Positions 17,548 to 27,358 are shown, counted from the first letter of the stretch. The stretch is DNA of 64,000 bases from a bacterium (GCA_037200905.1 JBBCGN010000001.1:180795-244794); one strand, 5' to 3'. Notes: a model not told the origin generated them from the letters alone. Numbers and translations are program-made.

Positions 17548-19296
17548 CTAGCTATCGGTGCGCTCGCCGATCTGCTGGCGCCACATGGCGTTGTAGAGGC
17601 CCTTCTTGGCGAGCAGTTCGTCATGCGTGCCGATCTCCGCGAGTGCGCCCTTCTCGAGCACGTAGATGCGATCGGCGTGCATGATGGTGGAGAGCCGATG
17701 GGCGATGAGTATGGTGATGCGGCCCGCGCCGAGCGAGACGTCGCGGATGGTCTTGGTGATCTCTTCTTCGGTGATGGAATCGAGCGACGACGTGGCCTCG
17801 TCGAAGACGAGGATGGACGGCTTGCGCAAGAGGGCCCGGGCGATGGAGAGGCGCTGCTTCTCGCCGCCGGAGACCTTCACGCCGCCCTCGCCGATGACCG
17901 TGTCGATGCCCTTTTCCGCGCGAGCGAGCAGCGAATCGGCCGCGGCCCGGTGCAAGGCGTCGAGGCATTCTTCTTCGGTGGCGCTCGGATTGACGAAGAG
18001 CAGGTTCTCGCGGATGGTGCCGGCGAAGAGCTGGGTGTCCTGGGTCACGAAGCCGAACTGGGTGCGGAGCTTGTTCAAATTGACGTCTTTGCCCGAGATG
18101 CCGTTATAGGCCACTACGCCCCCCTTTGGCTCGTACAGGCCCACCAGGAGCTTCACGAGGCTGGTCTTGCCCGCCCCGGACGGGCCTACGAAGGCGATGG
18201 TCTCACCGGCGCGGGCCTGAAACGAGATGCCTTCGAGAGCCGGCCGCTTGGCGGCATTGTACTGGAAGCCGACATCCCTGAATTCGAGCGAGTCAATCTT
18301 GCCGACGGACTGCGCATCGGCAGGCACGGGTTCGACGGGCGTATCCATGATGGCCTTGAACTTGCCGAGGGCCACTTCTGCATCGCGGTAATTGTTTATG
18401 ACCGTGCCGAGATCCTGCAGCGGGCCGAAGACGAAGAACGAATAGATGTAGAGCGAGAAGAATTCCCCGAAGGTAATGGTGCGTGAGAAGACCAGATACA
18501 GAAGGAACGCGAGGATCAGGGTGCGCAGGGCGTTGATCAGGGTACCCTGGATGAAGCTGATGCTCCTGATATAGCGGAGCTTCTTGAGCTCGAGAGCGAG
18601 GATGCGGTCGGTAGTATTGTTCAGGCGCAGGATCTCCTGATCGACGAGGCCGAGGGACTTCACGAGCTCGATATTGCGCAGCGACTCCGTGGTCGAGCCT
18701 GCGAGCGCGGTCGTCTCGGCCAGGATGACTTTCTGTATCTTCTTCACGCGCGACGTCAGGGCATAGCTCGCCACGCCGATGATAGGAATGGTCAGGGCGA
18801 AGACTACCGCTACTCCCCAGTACACGTGGATGGCGTAAATGGTGACGAAGATGAAGCCGATGAGCGACACGAACATGATATTGATGAAGGTATTGAGGAA
18901 CGTCTCGCTGGCCGTGCGCACGCTCTGCAGGACGCCGAGGGTCTCCCCGCTGCGCTGATCCTCGAACACGGCGTACGGCAAGGCGAGCGAATGCTCGACG
19001 CCGTCGTTATAGATCTTTGCGCCGGTGCGCTGAGTGACCGTGTTCAGATAGTAGTCCTGGAAATTCTTGGCCACGCGCGAGACGAAGGCCGCGCCGACGG
19101 CCAAGAGCAGCAGCACCGACACGCCGCGCAGGAATTCATGCAGGGTGTACGTGTCGAATTTGGTGGCATAGTCGTCGATGACGTGCCGGAAGATCAGCGG
19201 GTCGAGCAAGGAGAAGACCTGGTTGACGGACGCGAGCACCACGACCAGTATGCAGAGCTTCCAGTGCTTTTTCAGATATTCGTAAAGTATGTTCAT
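17548..19296 (-). CDS. ABC transporter, fused permease/ATP-binding protein (MsbA/multidrug-exporter type)
   Basis: N-terminal 6-TM domain. Walker A GPSGAGKTS, signature VSGGEKQRLSIARA, Walker B ILVFDEATSSLD, H-loop IAHRLST. I take the ATG at 19296 (MNILYEYLKKHW) as the start, because the track's TTG start lies inside the upstream terminator. Confidence 0.9.
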   Translation of the reverse strand: MNILYEYLKKHWKLCILVVVLASVNQVFSLLDPLIFRHVIDDYATKFDTYTLHEFLRGVSVLLLLAVGAAFVSRVAKNFQDYYLNTVTQRTGAKIYNDGVEHSLALPYAVFEDQRSGETLGVLQSVRTASETFLNTFINIMFVSLIGFIFVTIYAIHVYWGVAVVFALTIPIIGVASYALTSRVKKIQKVILAETTALAGSTTESLRNIELVKSLGLVDQEILRLNNTTDRILALELKKLRYIRSISFIQGTLINALRTLILAFLLYLVFSRTITFGEFFSLYIYSFFVFGPLQDLGTVINNYRDAEVALGKFKAIMDTPVEPVPADAQSVGKIDSLEFRDVGFQYNAAKRPALEGISFQARAGETIAFVGPSGAGKTSLVKLLVGLYEPKGGVVAYNGISGKDVNLNKLRTQFGFVTQDTQLFAGTIRENLLFVNPSATEEECLDALHRAAADSLLARAEKGIDTVIGEGGVKVSGGEKQRLSIARALLRKPSILVFDEATSSLDSITEEEITKTIRDVSLGAGRITILIAHRLSTIMHADRIYVLEKGALAEIGTHDELLAKKGLYNAMWRQQIGERTDS

Positions 19297-19310
19297 ATGG
19301 ATAAAGTGTA

Positions 19311-19336
19311 AAAAACCCGGCAACCGGGTTTTTTAT
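19311..19336. terminator. bidirectional hairpin terminator
   Basis: AAAAACCCGG-caa-CCGGGTTTTT, flanked by A and T runs on both sides. Confidence 0.75.
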
Positions 19337-19341
19337 TTATC

Positions 19342-19479
19342 TTATTTCCTCTTGCCTTTTGTGCCTTTCTTGGCCGCCTTCTTGGCGAGCATCTCGTGCT
19401 TGATAGCCAGGCGCTTCTTGGTCTTGTGCGAGCGTCGTGACTTATTTTTCGGGCTCAATGTAGTACCTCGTTTTGCCAT
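19342..19479 (-). CDS. 45-aa highly basic protein, possibly ribosomal protein bL34
   Basis: Not in the ORF track (under 60 aa). MAKRGTTLSPKNKSRRSHKTKKRLAIKHEMLAKKAAKKGTKGKRK. Length and spacing resemble L34 (MKRTxQPSxxKRxRxHGFRxRMxT..GRxVLxRRRxKGRxxL): KR.T...., the R-SH motif, and LA++.A.KG. It is followed by its own terminator. The assignment is tentative. Confidence 0.45.
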   Translation of the reverse strand: MAKRGTTLSPKNKSRRSHKTKKRLAIKHEMLAKKAAKKGTKGKRK

Positions 19480-19652
19480 GTGATTCTGCGAATCACTCCG
19501 CGCAAGTCGATTTGGCGCGAAGCTTTCGTTTATTATCTGTTAAAATTTTTGCCCACTGAGTATAGCATACTTTTCGAAAAGTGAGCCTTTTGACATTTTG
19601 CCGAAAATCTAGTAACGTAAACGAAATTTTGCTCATCAAAAAACCAAATAAC

Positions 19653-20681
19653 ATGAAACTGAAAAATCTTGATTTCAGAACCTACGTCTTCGGACAGTCG
19701 GGAGTTCAAGGCTTTTACGGCGGATACGAATATCCGCACCAGAAGCTCTTCCGATACATCCCTGGCTATTCGTATCGGGGCATGGGATTGGTGGCGAAAA
19801 CCATCACCGCCGAACCGCGCACCTACCCGGAAAAATCTAATACCCCCCTCAAGGGGTACAAATTGACCAGCTGGCTGCCAAAGTCCATCTGGGTCAGCAT
19901 CAGGTCATTTTTCGGAGGCTATATGCTGAACGCCATGGGCATCCCGAACGAAGGAGCGAAAAAAGCACTGGAGCGCCTGTGGTGGCAGCCGTATGGAAAA
20001 CCGTTCCAAATATCTTTCGCCCCCGAGGGCAAGACTGTCGCGGAGAAAGTCGCGGATACCAGGAAATTCTGCAACTTTCTCAAATGGTACATGCCTTTCA
20101 ATTACAGGTACGCCATCCAGGTGAACTTGTCCTGCCCGAACACCGAAGTGAAGCACAAGCAGGACACGGCTGAAGCCATCGCCATCCTCTCGGCCATCGG
20201 CGAAGCACTTCCGCACGTGAGGATCATCCCGAAGTTCGACCTCTTGGTCGAGCCGGAGACGGTTTCCGCGCTGAAGCACTACTGCGATGCCTTCTGCATC
20301 GGCAATTCCCTGCCGTTCGGCAGGATACTCCCGGAGTCATGGTGGAAACGCCAGTTTCCCCACGGCTCGCCGCTCGAGAAACGCTTCAAGGGTTTCTCCG
20401 GCGGATTGTCCGGCGCTCCCCTTTTCCCGCTGCTCGTGAAGTGGCTGAAGAGGATGCAGGCGCACGACTCCGATGTAATCATCATCGCCGGCGGAGGCAT
20501 CATGCAGAAGAAAGATATTCTTCGCCTCTCGCATTTCGGCATCGTCCACGGCATCGCTCTCGGCGCCGTGGCCACGCTGCGGCCCTGGAGGCTGCAATCG
20601 CTCATCGATTACGGAAACAAGATTTTCTCACAACGCAAAACAGCAAAGAATGAAAGAGATTACGCTTACGAATCCTTTTGA
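19653..20681 (+). CDS. pyrD: dihydroorotate dehydrogenase-family protein
   Basis: I take the ATG at 19653 (MKLKNLDFRTYVFGQSG) as the start. DHODH-like motifs: LNAMGIPNEG, QVNLSCPNT, SGGLSGAPL, VIIIAGGGI. It sits next to pyrC. The sequence is divergent, so the exact activity is uncertain. Confidence 0.6.
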   Translation: MKLKNLDFRTYVFGQSGVQGFYGGYEYPHQKLFRYIPGYSYRGMGLVAKTITAEPRTYPEKSNTPLKGYKLTSWLPKSIWVSIRSFFGGYMLNAMGIPNEGAKKALERLWWQPYGKPFQISFAPEGKTVAEKVADTRKFCNFLKWYMPFNYRYAIQVNLSCPNTEVKHKQDTAEAIAILSAIGEALPHVRIIPKFDLLVEPETVSALKHYCDAFCIGNSLPFGRILPESWWKRQFPHGSPLEKRFKGFSGGLSGAPLFPLLVKWLKRMQAHDSDVIIIAGGGIMQKKDILRLSHFGIVHGIALGAVATLRPWRLQSLIDYGNKIFSQRKTAKNERDYAYESF

Positions 20682-21786
20682 AGGACACGGGCACTTGAGA
20701 AGACTGGCGACATTGATGCTCGAAGTGATCGAATATACTATCCGCCAATTTTCCGGCATGATAGTCATGCCGAACGTTGCCGTAAAGGAACTCAATCTTC
20801 CTCACATCATTGACCTGAAAAAACTGCTGGACTACAGAAAGGAATTAATAGGAGTACTGAGAGGATTAGGCCAAAAAAGTAATTTCATGCCCTGCTTCAC
20901 GTACTACCTATCGCCACAACTGACCGTACATGACCTGCTCTTCGCTTGGGAAAATAACCTCATTACCGGCGTAAAATCATATCCTGAAGGAGCGACAACG
21001 GGATCGGACATGGGATTAGGCAGTTTCAACGAAGTCACGAAGATCCTTGAAGTCATGGAAAAGCATGGGATTCCCCTTCTCATTCATGGCGAAACGCCGA
21101 AATGGAAAGGTGACGTCGTCGAGGACTTGAAGCGCGAGCCGCTTTTCTTCAATGAAGAGGCTTGACCCCTCCTTGAAAAATTCCCGGGATTGAAAACTTC
21201 TTTCGAGCACATCAGCACCAAGGTAGCCAGAGATTTCGTCCTGTCAAAAGGCGACAATGTCGTAGCTACCATCACGCCCGGATTCTGCACGCTCGATCTG
21301 CGCGCGGTATTCAACGGCATCACCATGGATGATGACGGAAACAATTTCCATTATGATCTCAAGAAGAACGGCGTGTATCCGAGCATGGTCATGCGGCCCA
21401 TACCCAAAGAGATAAAGGATCTGCGCGCCATCCAGGAAGGGCTCGTTCTTCAGGCGAAAAACGGCCTGCGGAAATTCGGCCTCGGCACCGACACGGCGCC
21501 GCATCTGACCGAACACAAGCATCGCGAGGGCGGTTCATGCGGGCAGTTCTGGGCGCCCCACGCGCATGAGATGTATGCTTGGATATTTGAAAGACTTGGC
21601 ATTCTTGATGATTATCCCAGGTTCGCCTGTGATATTATGCCGGATTTTTACGGCATCAAGGACAAGCTGCCGAAGAAAACGGTTACCCTGAAAAGAATGC
21701 CTTTAACAATTCAGGATGATTATAACGGCATTATTCCCCCGCTCGCAGGACAGACTATCCCCTGGAGCGTGGCGTATGAACAGTAG
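20650..21786 (+). CDS. pyrC: dihydroorotase (E. coli-type class II PyrC) with an in-frame TGA at 21163-21165
   Basis: ORFs 20650..21165 and 21190..21786 are in the same frame. Read through: ...GHGHLRR...MPNVAV...SYPEGATTGSDMG...LLIHGE...REPLFFNEEA*PLLEKFPGLKTSFEHISTK...ATITPGF...FGLGTDTAPH...PFLAGQTIPWSV. This is colinear with E. coli PyrC ([29 protein letters not shown]). Confidence 0.75.
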
Positions 21787-21843
21787 TTCTTATTCATCGG
21801 CTTTGTGATAGAAGCCAAAGCATGCTTTGTATCACGTTGCAAT

Positions 21844-21873
21844 CGCTTCCCTCACCCGGAAGCGGTTTTTTTT
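21844..21873 (+). terminator. rho-independent terminator after pyrC
   Basis: CGCTTCC (21844-21850) pairs with GGAAGCG (21858-21864), followed by T8. It overlaps the mltG stop codon on the other strand. Confidence 0.7.
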
Positions 21874-22651
21874 ATTGCAGATACCGCTTGATGTTCACGA
21901 GATGCTCTTCGTACGTCTTGGCGCAGTGGATCTTGTGGCGCTTGTCGTGCAGGTAGAACAGGCAGTCCGTCTTGGCCGGATTGAAGGCGGCGGAAATGGC
22001 GGCGAGGCCGGGGTTCGAGATGGGGCCCGGCGGCAGGCCCTGGTAGAGGTAGGTATTGTACGCGGACTCGATAGTCTTGTCTGCGGAATCCACCTTGGTC
22101 CACCAGCCGTCCTCTTCGTTGCCCTTGGCGTACTGGAGCGTGGCGTCGATCTGCAGCTTCATGCCGTTGAACAGGCGGTTCCAGATTATGCCGGAGATGA
22201 GATTCATGTCCTGCTTCCCCGCCGCTTCGCGCTGGATGATGCTCGCGATCTTGATGGCGGTATCCTGATTGATGATCTGCATGGATGCCGGTTTCTTGAC
22301 CTTGCCCATTTCCTTGGCGAACTCGTCGGTCATGGTTTCCGTCACTGCAGCCGGATCAGCGTCCTGGTCGAGCAGATACGTCTTCGGAAAGATGTGGCCT
22401 TCGACGGATACGCTGTTCAGGAATTCCGCCTTTTCCGCCTCGCTCCAGGCGAGCTTGTCGCCGACGATGTCCGCCACCTGCTCGTTGCGCAGGCCTTCCT
22501 GCACTTTCACGATGCGCACGTAGGGGTTGGCCAGGTTCAGGTAGAATGAGAGCCGCGTCAGCAGGCCGGGGTCGAAGCGGTAGTAGAAGAATATCGCCAA
22601 GAATATCCCGAGAGTCAGCGAGAGAGCGATGAAGACATACTTGAATTTCAT
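21872..22651 (-). CDS. mltG: endolytic murein transglycosylase MltG (YceG family)
   Basis: N-terminal TM helix. Motifs: EGHIFPKTYLL, IASIIQREA, LQIDATLQY, YNTYLYQGLPPGPISNPG, FYLHDKRHKIHCAKTYEEH. Confidence 0.9.
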   Translation of the reverse strand: MKFKYVFIALSLTLGIFLAIFFYYRFDPGLLTRLSFYLNLANPYVRIVKVQEGLRNEQVADIVGDKLAWSEAEKAEFLNSVSVEGHIFPKTYLLDQDADPAAVTETMTDEFAKEMGKVKKPASMQIINQDTAIKIASIIQREAAGKQDMNLISGIIWNRLFNGMKLQIDATLQYAKGNEEDGWWTKVDSADKTIESAYNTYLYQGLPPGPISNPGLAAISAAFNPAKTDCLFYLHDKRHKIHCAKTYEEHLVNIKRYLQ

Positions 22652-22687
22652 GACAGTGCAGGAATTATAGCATACGGCAGGGGCAAA

Positions 22688-22714
22688 TAAAAAAGCCCCT
22701 GATATTCGGGGGCT
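22688..22714 (-). terminator. terminator after the small lipoprotein gene
   Basis: AAGCCCC (22693-22699) pairs with GGGGCTT (22708-22714). On the minus strand it is followed by TTTTTTATTT. Confidence 0.7.
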
Positions 22715-22737
22715 TCATGCAAACCGGTCGGCATCGC

Positions 22738-22872
22738 TCAATGCTGGTTCGCGGGGCATTCTCCGCCGTGGCGGCCGTAGCCCTGGTAATTGCCGCGGAA
22801 CTCTTTCGAGGTCCCGCAGGAAGCCAATACGCCACAAGCTATGAGCAGAGCGAAAAAATAAATCTTTTTCAT
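22738..22872 (-). CDS. 44-aa putative lipoprotein
   Basis: Not in the ORF track. MKKIYFFALLIACGVLASCGTSKEFRGNYQGYGRHGGECPANQH carries a signal peptide with the lipobox LASC. It has its own promoter and terminator. Confidence 0.55.
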   Translation of the reverse strand: MKKIYFFALLIACGVLASCGTSKEFRGNYQGYGRHGGECPANQH

Positions 22873-22909
22873 TTGAAAACAGTTTTGATGTGAAGAATAT
22901 GTCGGGTAT

Positions 22910-22938
22910 ATGATAGCATAATAGTATTATTATGTCAA
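22910..22938 (-). promoter_or_regulatory. sigma70-type promoter of the small lipoprotein gene
   Basis: On the minus strand, TTGACA (22938-22933), 17-nt spacer, TATCAT (22915-22910) preceded by TGc. Confidence 0.5.
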
Positions 22939-23321
22939 GTTCTGTGAATGAAAGGCGGGAGGGGCCTGTAAACCAAAAGCCCCCGTACATGACGCAGGGC
23001 TTCGGCTCAAACAGCTCGCCTGTGGAGAAGGGGCGCTTACCTTTTTTGTTTACATTTCGTCCCGCTCATCGGTTCATAACTCCCGACGAATATGGAACTA
23101 TACTTTGTTAACGAAGCTCCCCTTCAAGGCTTCGCTTGCGTACATTATTGCACTATCACAAAATTCGACAAGCCTTAATGTGAATTTAACCAATGTACAA
23201 GATGTGCATAGTTTGTGCATAACTGCCATATTCCTGTGCAAAACATTTTAGGAAATATATTTCTATGATGTCCATAGCGGAGAATATCTTTGCAGAATTT
23301 ATTATTATTGAAATTTAAAAT

Positions 23322-23354
23322 AAAAAGACCCTACGCATGAGCTGCGCAGGGTCT
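23322..23354 (-). terminator. rho-independent terminator after purL
   Basis: AGACCCTACGC (23326-23336) pairs with GCGCAGGGTCT (23344-23354) with one mismatch. On the minus strand it is followed by TTTTTATTTT. Confidence 0.75.
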
Positions 23355-23374
23355 TGCTGTTTTTGAATAAAGAA

Positions 23375-26300
23375 CTAAGGCTTGTTCGCGATACACCAAA
23401 CTCTCGCGTTCTGGAACATTTTGAGCCAAGGTGATGCTTCCAGGTCCTGCCAAGAAGCCGGCATCCAAGGCCATTGCCATTTGAGGAATGAGCGTTCCGG
23501 ATGCGGCATCATAGCGAGATGTCGCCCATCAGGTGAACACAGTCCCGTGACACCCATCGGCGAACCGTTGGGATTGTACGGATACTTTGCTGTTGGCGCA
23601 CCAAGCGAGTTTATATAACTCATGCACCAGAGATTCTGATCGATAACCTGATTCATTATAGTATCATCAGGAATTATCAGTTGTCCCTCGCCATGAGCGA
23701 CCCAGATACCCAACCGAGAACCTTCCATACCTTTTAAAAGTATTGATGGGCTCTTTTGGATTTCTACATTCACCCAGCGCGATTCGAATTTGCCGGATAC
23801 ATTGTCCATGAAACGCAGCCGTTTTTCCATTGCCAGATCCTTGAATGGCACCCATCCGAGAATCAGCGCTAGCTGTGCACCATTACAGACTCCGAGTGAG
23901 AATGTATCAGGCCGAGCATAAAATTCATCAAACATCTTTTTCAACTTCTCGTTGAAGAGGATGCCCGCTGCCCAGCCTTTCGCGCTGCCAAAGACGTCCA
24001 TATAGGAGAACCCTCCGGCGAATATAACTCCCTGAAAAGATTTCAGAGTAATCGCTCCGCTCAAGAGATGCTGCATGCTGACATCGACAGGTTCAAGCCC
24101 CGCAGCATAGCATGCTGCTGCCATTTCCCTGTCGCCGTTAGTGCCTTCTTCGCGGATGATTGCCACCCGCGGATTATCACCTATGTCGAAAATATTCGGC
24201 GATGTTACCCCCGGAACAAACGACAAGCGATACATCTTGGATCCGAACAATGTATCGGAATGGCTCTGAAATTCTTTTTCAGCGCATTCTTCATTTGTTT
24301 GCTGCTTTTCCAATTCGTAGCTTGTCCGTTCCCACATCCTGCGTACCTCCTTGATATTCGATTGCCAGTATCTCGTAGCATCGTTACCGACACTACATAC
24401 ATCTTTTTTATCAGTTCGTCCGATCTTTTGAATCTTCACAGTGACTGATGCGCATATCTCACCAATGCGCTCTTTGTTCTTTTCTTCGTACTCAAATACG
24501 AAGCCGAGCTCTTCATTGAAAAGCGTTGCAAAAGGATTGAATCCAGAATCGAAATTCAATTGAAATCCGCACTGGCTCGCCATGCACATCTCTGCGACGG
24601 TAGTTATCAAACCGCCATCGCTTCGATCATGCAAGGAAAGAATCAAATTTTCTTCGATCAATGCTTGTACTGCGTTGAATGCGTTCAAGAGATGATGCGG
24701 AAAATCCACATCAGGACATTCATCGCCGATTTGATTGAGCGCCTGGAGAAATGCAGAACCGCCGAGACGATTCTTGCCGAATCCAAGATCAATCATGCCG
24801 AGCAAACTTTTTCCTGCTTTCTTGATATCGGGAGTCACTTTCTTCGTGATATCTGGCACCCGTGCGTAGCCGCACATTACCAGAGACCCCGGGGATTTAA
24901 CTTTTTCATTGCCGACATTAGCGACCATAGACAAACTGTCCTTGCCGCCATCGATGCCGATACCGAGATCTTTCAAGATGTTTACCAATGCGACCATCGC
25001 ATCATACAGTCCTGCTCCTTCGTGAGGCATCTTTGCCGGCCACATCCAGTTAGCGCGCGTCATGATGGAATTAATGCCTTCAATTTTCACGCCTGTCATA
25101 TTGGTAACCATTTCGCCGACTGCCATTCTGGCACCGGCTGGATCATTGACCAGCATTTTCAAAGGCTGTTCGCCGATCGCAGCTACGCTGCCCGTCAATC
25201 CAAAATGGCTCTGGGCAACAACGCTTGCATCAGCGATAGCGATCTGTGCGATGCCGCAGCATTGCTGCTGTGCTACCAATCCAGTCACGCTTCTGTCAGC
25301 TTTGTGCACCAAAAATCCTTTCGAACCGACGCTGGGAAGTTTGAATACCATTTCTATTGCATCACCGACACTCATTGTCGGTATGTACGCAGGTTTGAGA
25401 TTCTTTTTTCTCCGTTTCGACTTGAATGTCTTCTGAGGCATCTTCGAGAGAATCTGCTCCAAATTCAAATCGACCGGTGTCGTGTTATTTGAAGAATCTT
25501 TTACTACGACTTTTCCGCTGCCGGTAATTTCTCCGAGCACTTCGCAGTTAACTCGTTCGTTCTGGCAGATGAATTGGAAAAGTCCGATACATTCCGGCCT
25601 GATCAAAAGACCAAAACCTTCTTGAAATTCTGCGCTCCATATTTCCATCACTGACATAGTCTTGTCGCCAAGTACTATCTTTCTGATATCTATCTCTCCG
25701 CCGAGCGGCTCAAGTAGTTCAGTCAATACATTGCTTGGGCCGCCAGCGCCCTGATCATGAATGCTTGAGATGGGATTCCTTTCTCTCATCTCAATACAAG
25801 CGCGAATAACACGATGGTTTTTATTTTCCATCTCTGCATTGCCGCGCTGTACGGAATTGAAATCCAATGCTTCAGTATTCTGTCCGGGCATCATGCTTGA
25901 AGCAGCTCCTCCGCCTACCCCGATCGGGTATGCTGGTCCGCCGATCCGCACGATCAGCATTCCTACTTCCGCTTTTTCTTTCTGCAGGTGTTCATCAAAG
26001 ATTTGACCGACACCAGCAGTGTAGAGAATTGGTTTTCTGTATCCATACCATTCTTCATCCACCATCTGTTCAAATGATCGGCTAAAACCGCCAGTCAGCG
26101 GCTCGCCGATTTGATTGCCATAACTCGATATGCCGTTGCTGCCTTCGATTAAAATCGAAAGTGCTGAAGCATATTTTGACAGCTTGCCTTTGCCTGTTAC
26201 TTCACCAGGAATTTCATTTCCTGACATAAATAAATTGGCAACTGCATAACCAGCCAAACCCATACCAAAAATTCCTCCGCGCCCATCTGCTTCTATATCA

Positions 26301-27199
26301 CGAAGCCGTCCACCTCCGCCAGTTTCGGCGCCAGGTCGCGGTGCGACAAGAGTCGGATGATTGTGGGTTTCTGCAGTACAGCTGACATGAACAATCACAT
26401 CAAAGAGTTGAAATGACGAAGATCTACCAGGAATGATGGGCAGCATTACCCGTGTTGGGAATCCGCGAATTACCCCGGCATTGTCTTTGAATGAAACCAG
26501 ACTGCGGTTGTTGGATCCGAGATTGGCCAATGGCTCTTTGACGAGCTGCATCAGCGTTTTCTCCATCATAACACCGTCGATTTCCTGCAATGCATTCCAA
26601 TAGCCGTGCCGCGAATGCTCGCTGTTCATGTTGCCGAGTTGAAACAACTCAACTTCGGTCGGATTGCGTTTTGCCAGCTCTGTAAAAAGATAGCAGTAAT
26701 AATCCATGTCCGAGTCTTCCATGCCCAGTCCGCGATCGCGGTTCACTTGTTGAAGAGCAGCTTTGCCGCCGGAAATAAGATCAATCGTTCCAACAATTTC
26801 TGGAAAAACTCCAGTGTCGAAATTTTGAATTCCAAACGGGTAATGCTGCTGTACCATCTTATCAAGATGTTTTTTTAGAATTTCGTTATCTGAATGGATA
26901 CTGCCACTCAGGTAACGATTTGTGCGCTCGATTCGTACGACTTGAGGAATGCCCATAGAATGAGACATCCCTATAGCGTTCGATGAGTACGGAGTCTCGA
27001 TAGAAAGCCGCGGGCCGATTTCAACAATTTTTCCTTCAGTAAATTTTGATCTCACTTGTGTGAGATCCGGTTCAAATGTTTCAGCGATGAGCCAATGCAG
27101 CATGCTGAGTTGCGGCTCTGACAAGGGGCTGTTAGTTTCAATACAGAAACCATTTTCAGCCGGTACGCCGTGTAACAAGCGATAAAAACGATACATCAT
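23375..27199 (-). CDS. purL: phosphoribosylformylglycinamidine (FGAM) synthase, single-chain large PurL
   Basis: 1274 aa and intact. FGAM synthase core CTAETHNHPTLVAPRPGAETGGGGRLRD with duplicated AIR-synthase-like domains. C-terminal glutaminase: LGVCNGAQL, VAHGEG, MMPHPER. Confidence 0.95.
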   Translation of the reverse strand: MMYRFYRLLHGVPAENGFCIETNSPLSEPQLSMLHWLIAETFEPDLTQVRSKFTEGKIVEIGPRLSIETPYSSNAIGMSHSMGIPQVVRIERTNRYLSGSIHSDNEILKKHLDKMVQQHYPFGIQNFDTGVFPEIVGTIDLISGGKAALQQVNRDRGLGMEDSDMDYYCYLFTELAKRNPTEVELFQLGNMNSEHSRHGYWNALQEIDGVMMEKTLMQLVKEPLANLGSNNRSLVSFKDNAGVIRGFPTRVMLPIIPGRSSSFQLFDVIVHVSCTAETHNHPTLVAPRPGAETGGGGRLRDIEADGRGGIFGMGLAGYAVANLFMSGNEIPGEVTGKGKLSKYASALSILIEGSNGISSYGNQIGEPLTGGFSRSFEQMVDEEWYGYRKPILYTAGVGQIFDEHLQKEKAEVGMLIVRIGGPAYPIGVGGGAASSMMPGQNTEALDFNSVQRGNAEMENKNHRVIRACIEMRERNPISSIHDQGAGGPSNVLTELLEPLGGEIDIRKIVLGDKTMSVMEIWSAEFQEGFGLLIRPECIGLFQFICQNERVNCEVLGEITGSGKVVVKDSSNNTTPVDLNLEQILSKMPQKTFKSKRRKKNLKPAYIPTMSVGDAIEMVFKLPSVGSKGFLVHKADRSVTGLVAQQQCCGIAQIAIADASVVAQSHFGLTGSVAAIGEQPLKMLVNDPAGARMAVGEMVTNMTGVKIEGINSIMTRANWMWPAKMPHEGAGLYDAMVALVNILKDLGIGIDGGKDSLSMVANVGNEKVKSPGSLVMCGYARVPDITKKVTPDIKKAGKSLLGMIDLGFGKNRLGGSAFLQALNQIGDECPDVDFPHHLLNAFNAVQALIEENLILSLHDRSDGGLITTVAEMCMASQCGFQLNFDSGFNPFATLFNEELGFVFEYEEKNKERIGEICASVTVKIQKIGRTDKKDVCSVGNDATRYWQSNIKEVRRMWERTSYELEKQQTNEECAEKEFQSHSDTLFGSKMYRLSFVPGVTSPNIFDIGDNPRVAIIREEGTNGDREMAAACYAAGLEPVDVSMQHLLSGAITLKSFQGVIFAGGFSYMDVFGSAKGWAAGILFNEKLKKMFDEFYARPDTFSLGVCNGAQLALILGWVPFKDLAMEKRLRFMDNVSGKFESRWVNVEIQKSPSILLKGMEGSRLGIWVAHGEGQLIIPDDTIMNQVIDQNLWCMSYINSLGAPTAKYPYNPNGSPMGVTGLCSPDGRHLAMMPHPERSFLKWQWPWMPASWQDLEASPWLKMFQNARVWCIANKP

Positions 27200-27279
27200 A
27201 ACTTCTCCTTTTTTATTTGAGTATTTTGTTTACGAATAGCGGTGCGCCCGTCGGAAGTCGAGGGCGCTATCTGCCCGTC

Positions 27280-27307
27280 ATACTACCTGAAAATTGACAC
27301 AAAGCAA
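27280..27307 (-). promoter_or_regulatory. purL promoter with a spacer shared with the purM promoter
   Basis: On the minus strand, TTGCTT (27307-27302), spacer tgtgtcaattttcagg (16 nt), TAGTAT (27285-27280). The spacer matches the purM promoter spacer at 14/16 positions. Confidence 0.5.
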
Positions 27308-27322
27308 GAAAAATTCTGTAAG

Positions 27323-27352
27323 AAAAAAGCGGCTCGTTCGAGTCGCTTTTTG
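27323..27352. terminator. bidirectional hairpin between purN and purL
   Basis: AGCGGCTCG (27328-27336) pairs with CGAGTCGCT (27339-27347), with A6 upstream and T5 downstream. Confidence 0.6.
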
Positions 27353-27358
27353 ATCGTT

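Noticed and set aside
21163-21165. TGA reassigned genome-wide (code 4 Trp or code 25 Gly).
   Set aside because: TGA ends several well-delimited genes here. These include rnr (an ATGA overlap with the next gene), purN, and 29434, 39806, 40430, 42168 and 53565. I saw no other conserved gene with an in-frame TGA. The apparent TGA at the pilB 3' end (6826) is explained by a 1-nt indel, because [14 protein letters not shown] continues in another frame.
22932-23111. A 59-codon plus-strand ORF (MSSSVNERREGPVNQKPPY...) in the gap downstream of purL.
   Set aside because: It starts inside the opposite-strand lipoprotein promoter and has no RBS, no motif and mixed composition. It is probably fortuitous.
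27200-27279. A purine/ZTP-type riboswitch in the purL leader.
   Set aside because: The ~75-nt leader has only one simple hairpin (GCGCCC...GGGCGC). I could find neither the ZTP pseudoknot core (GGGTCGTGACTGGCG...CCGCCTGGGC) nor a purine-riboswitch three-way junction.
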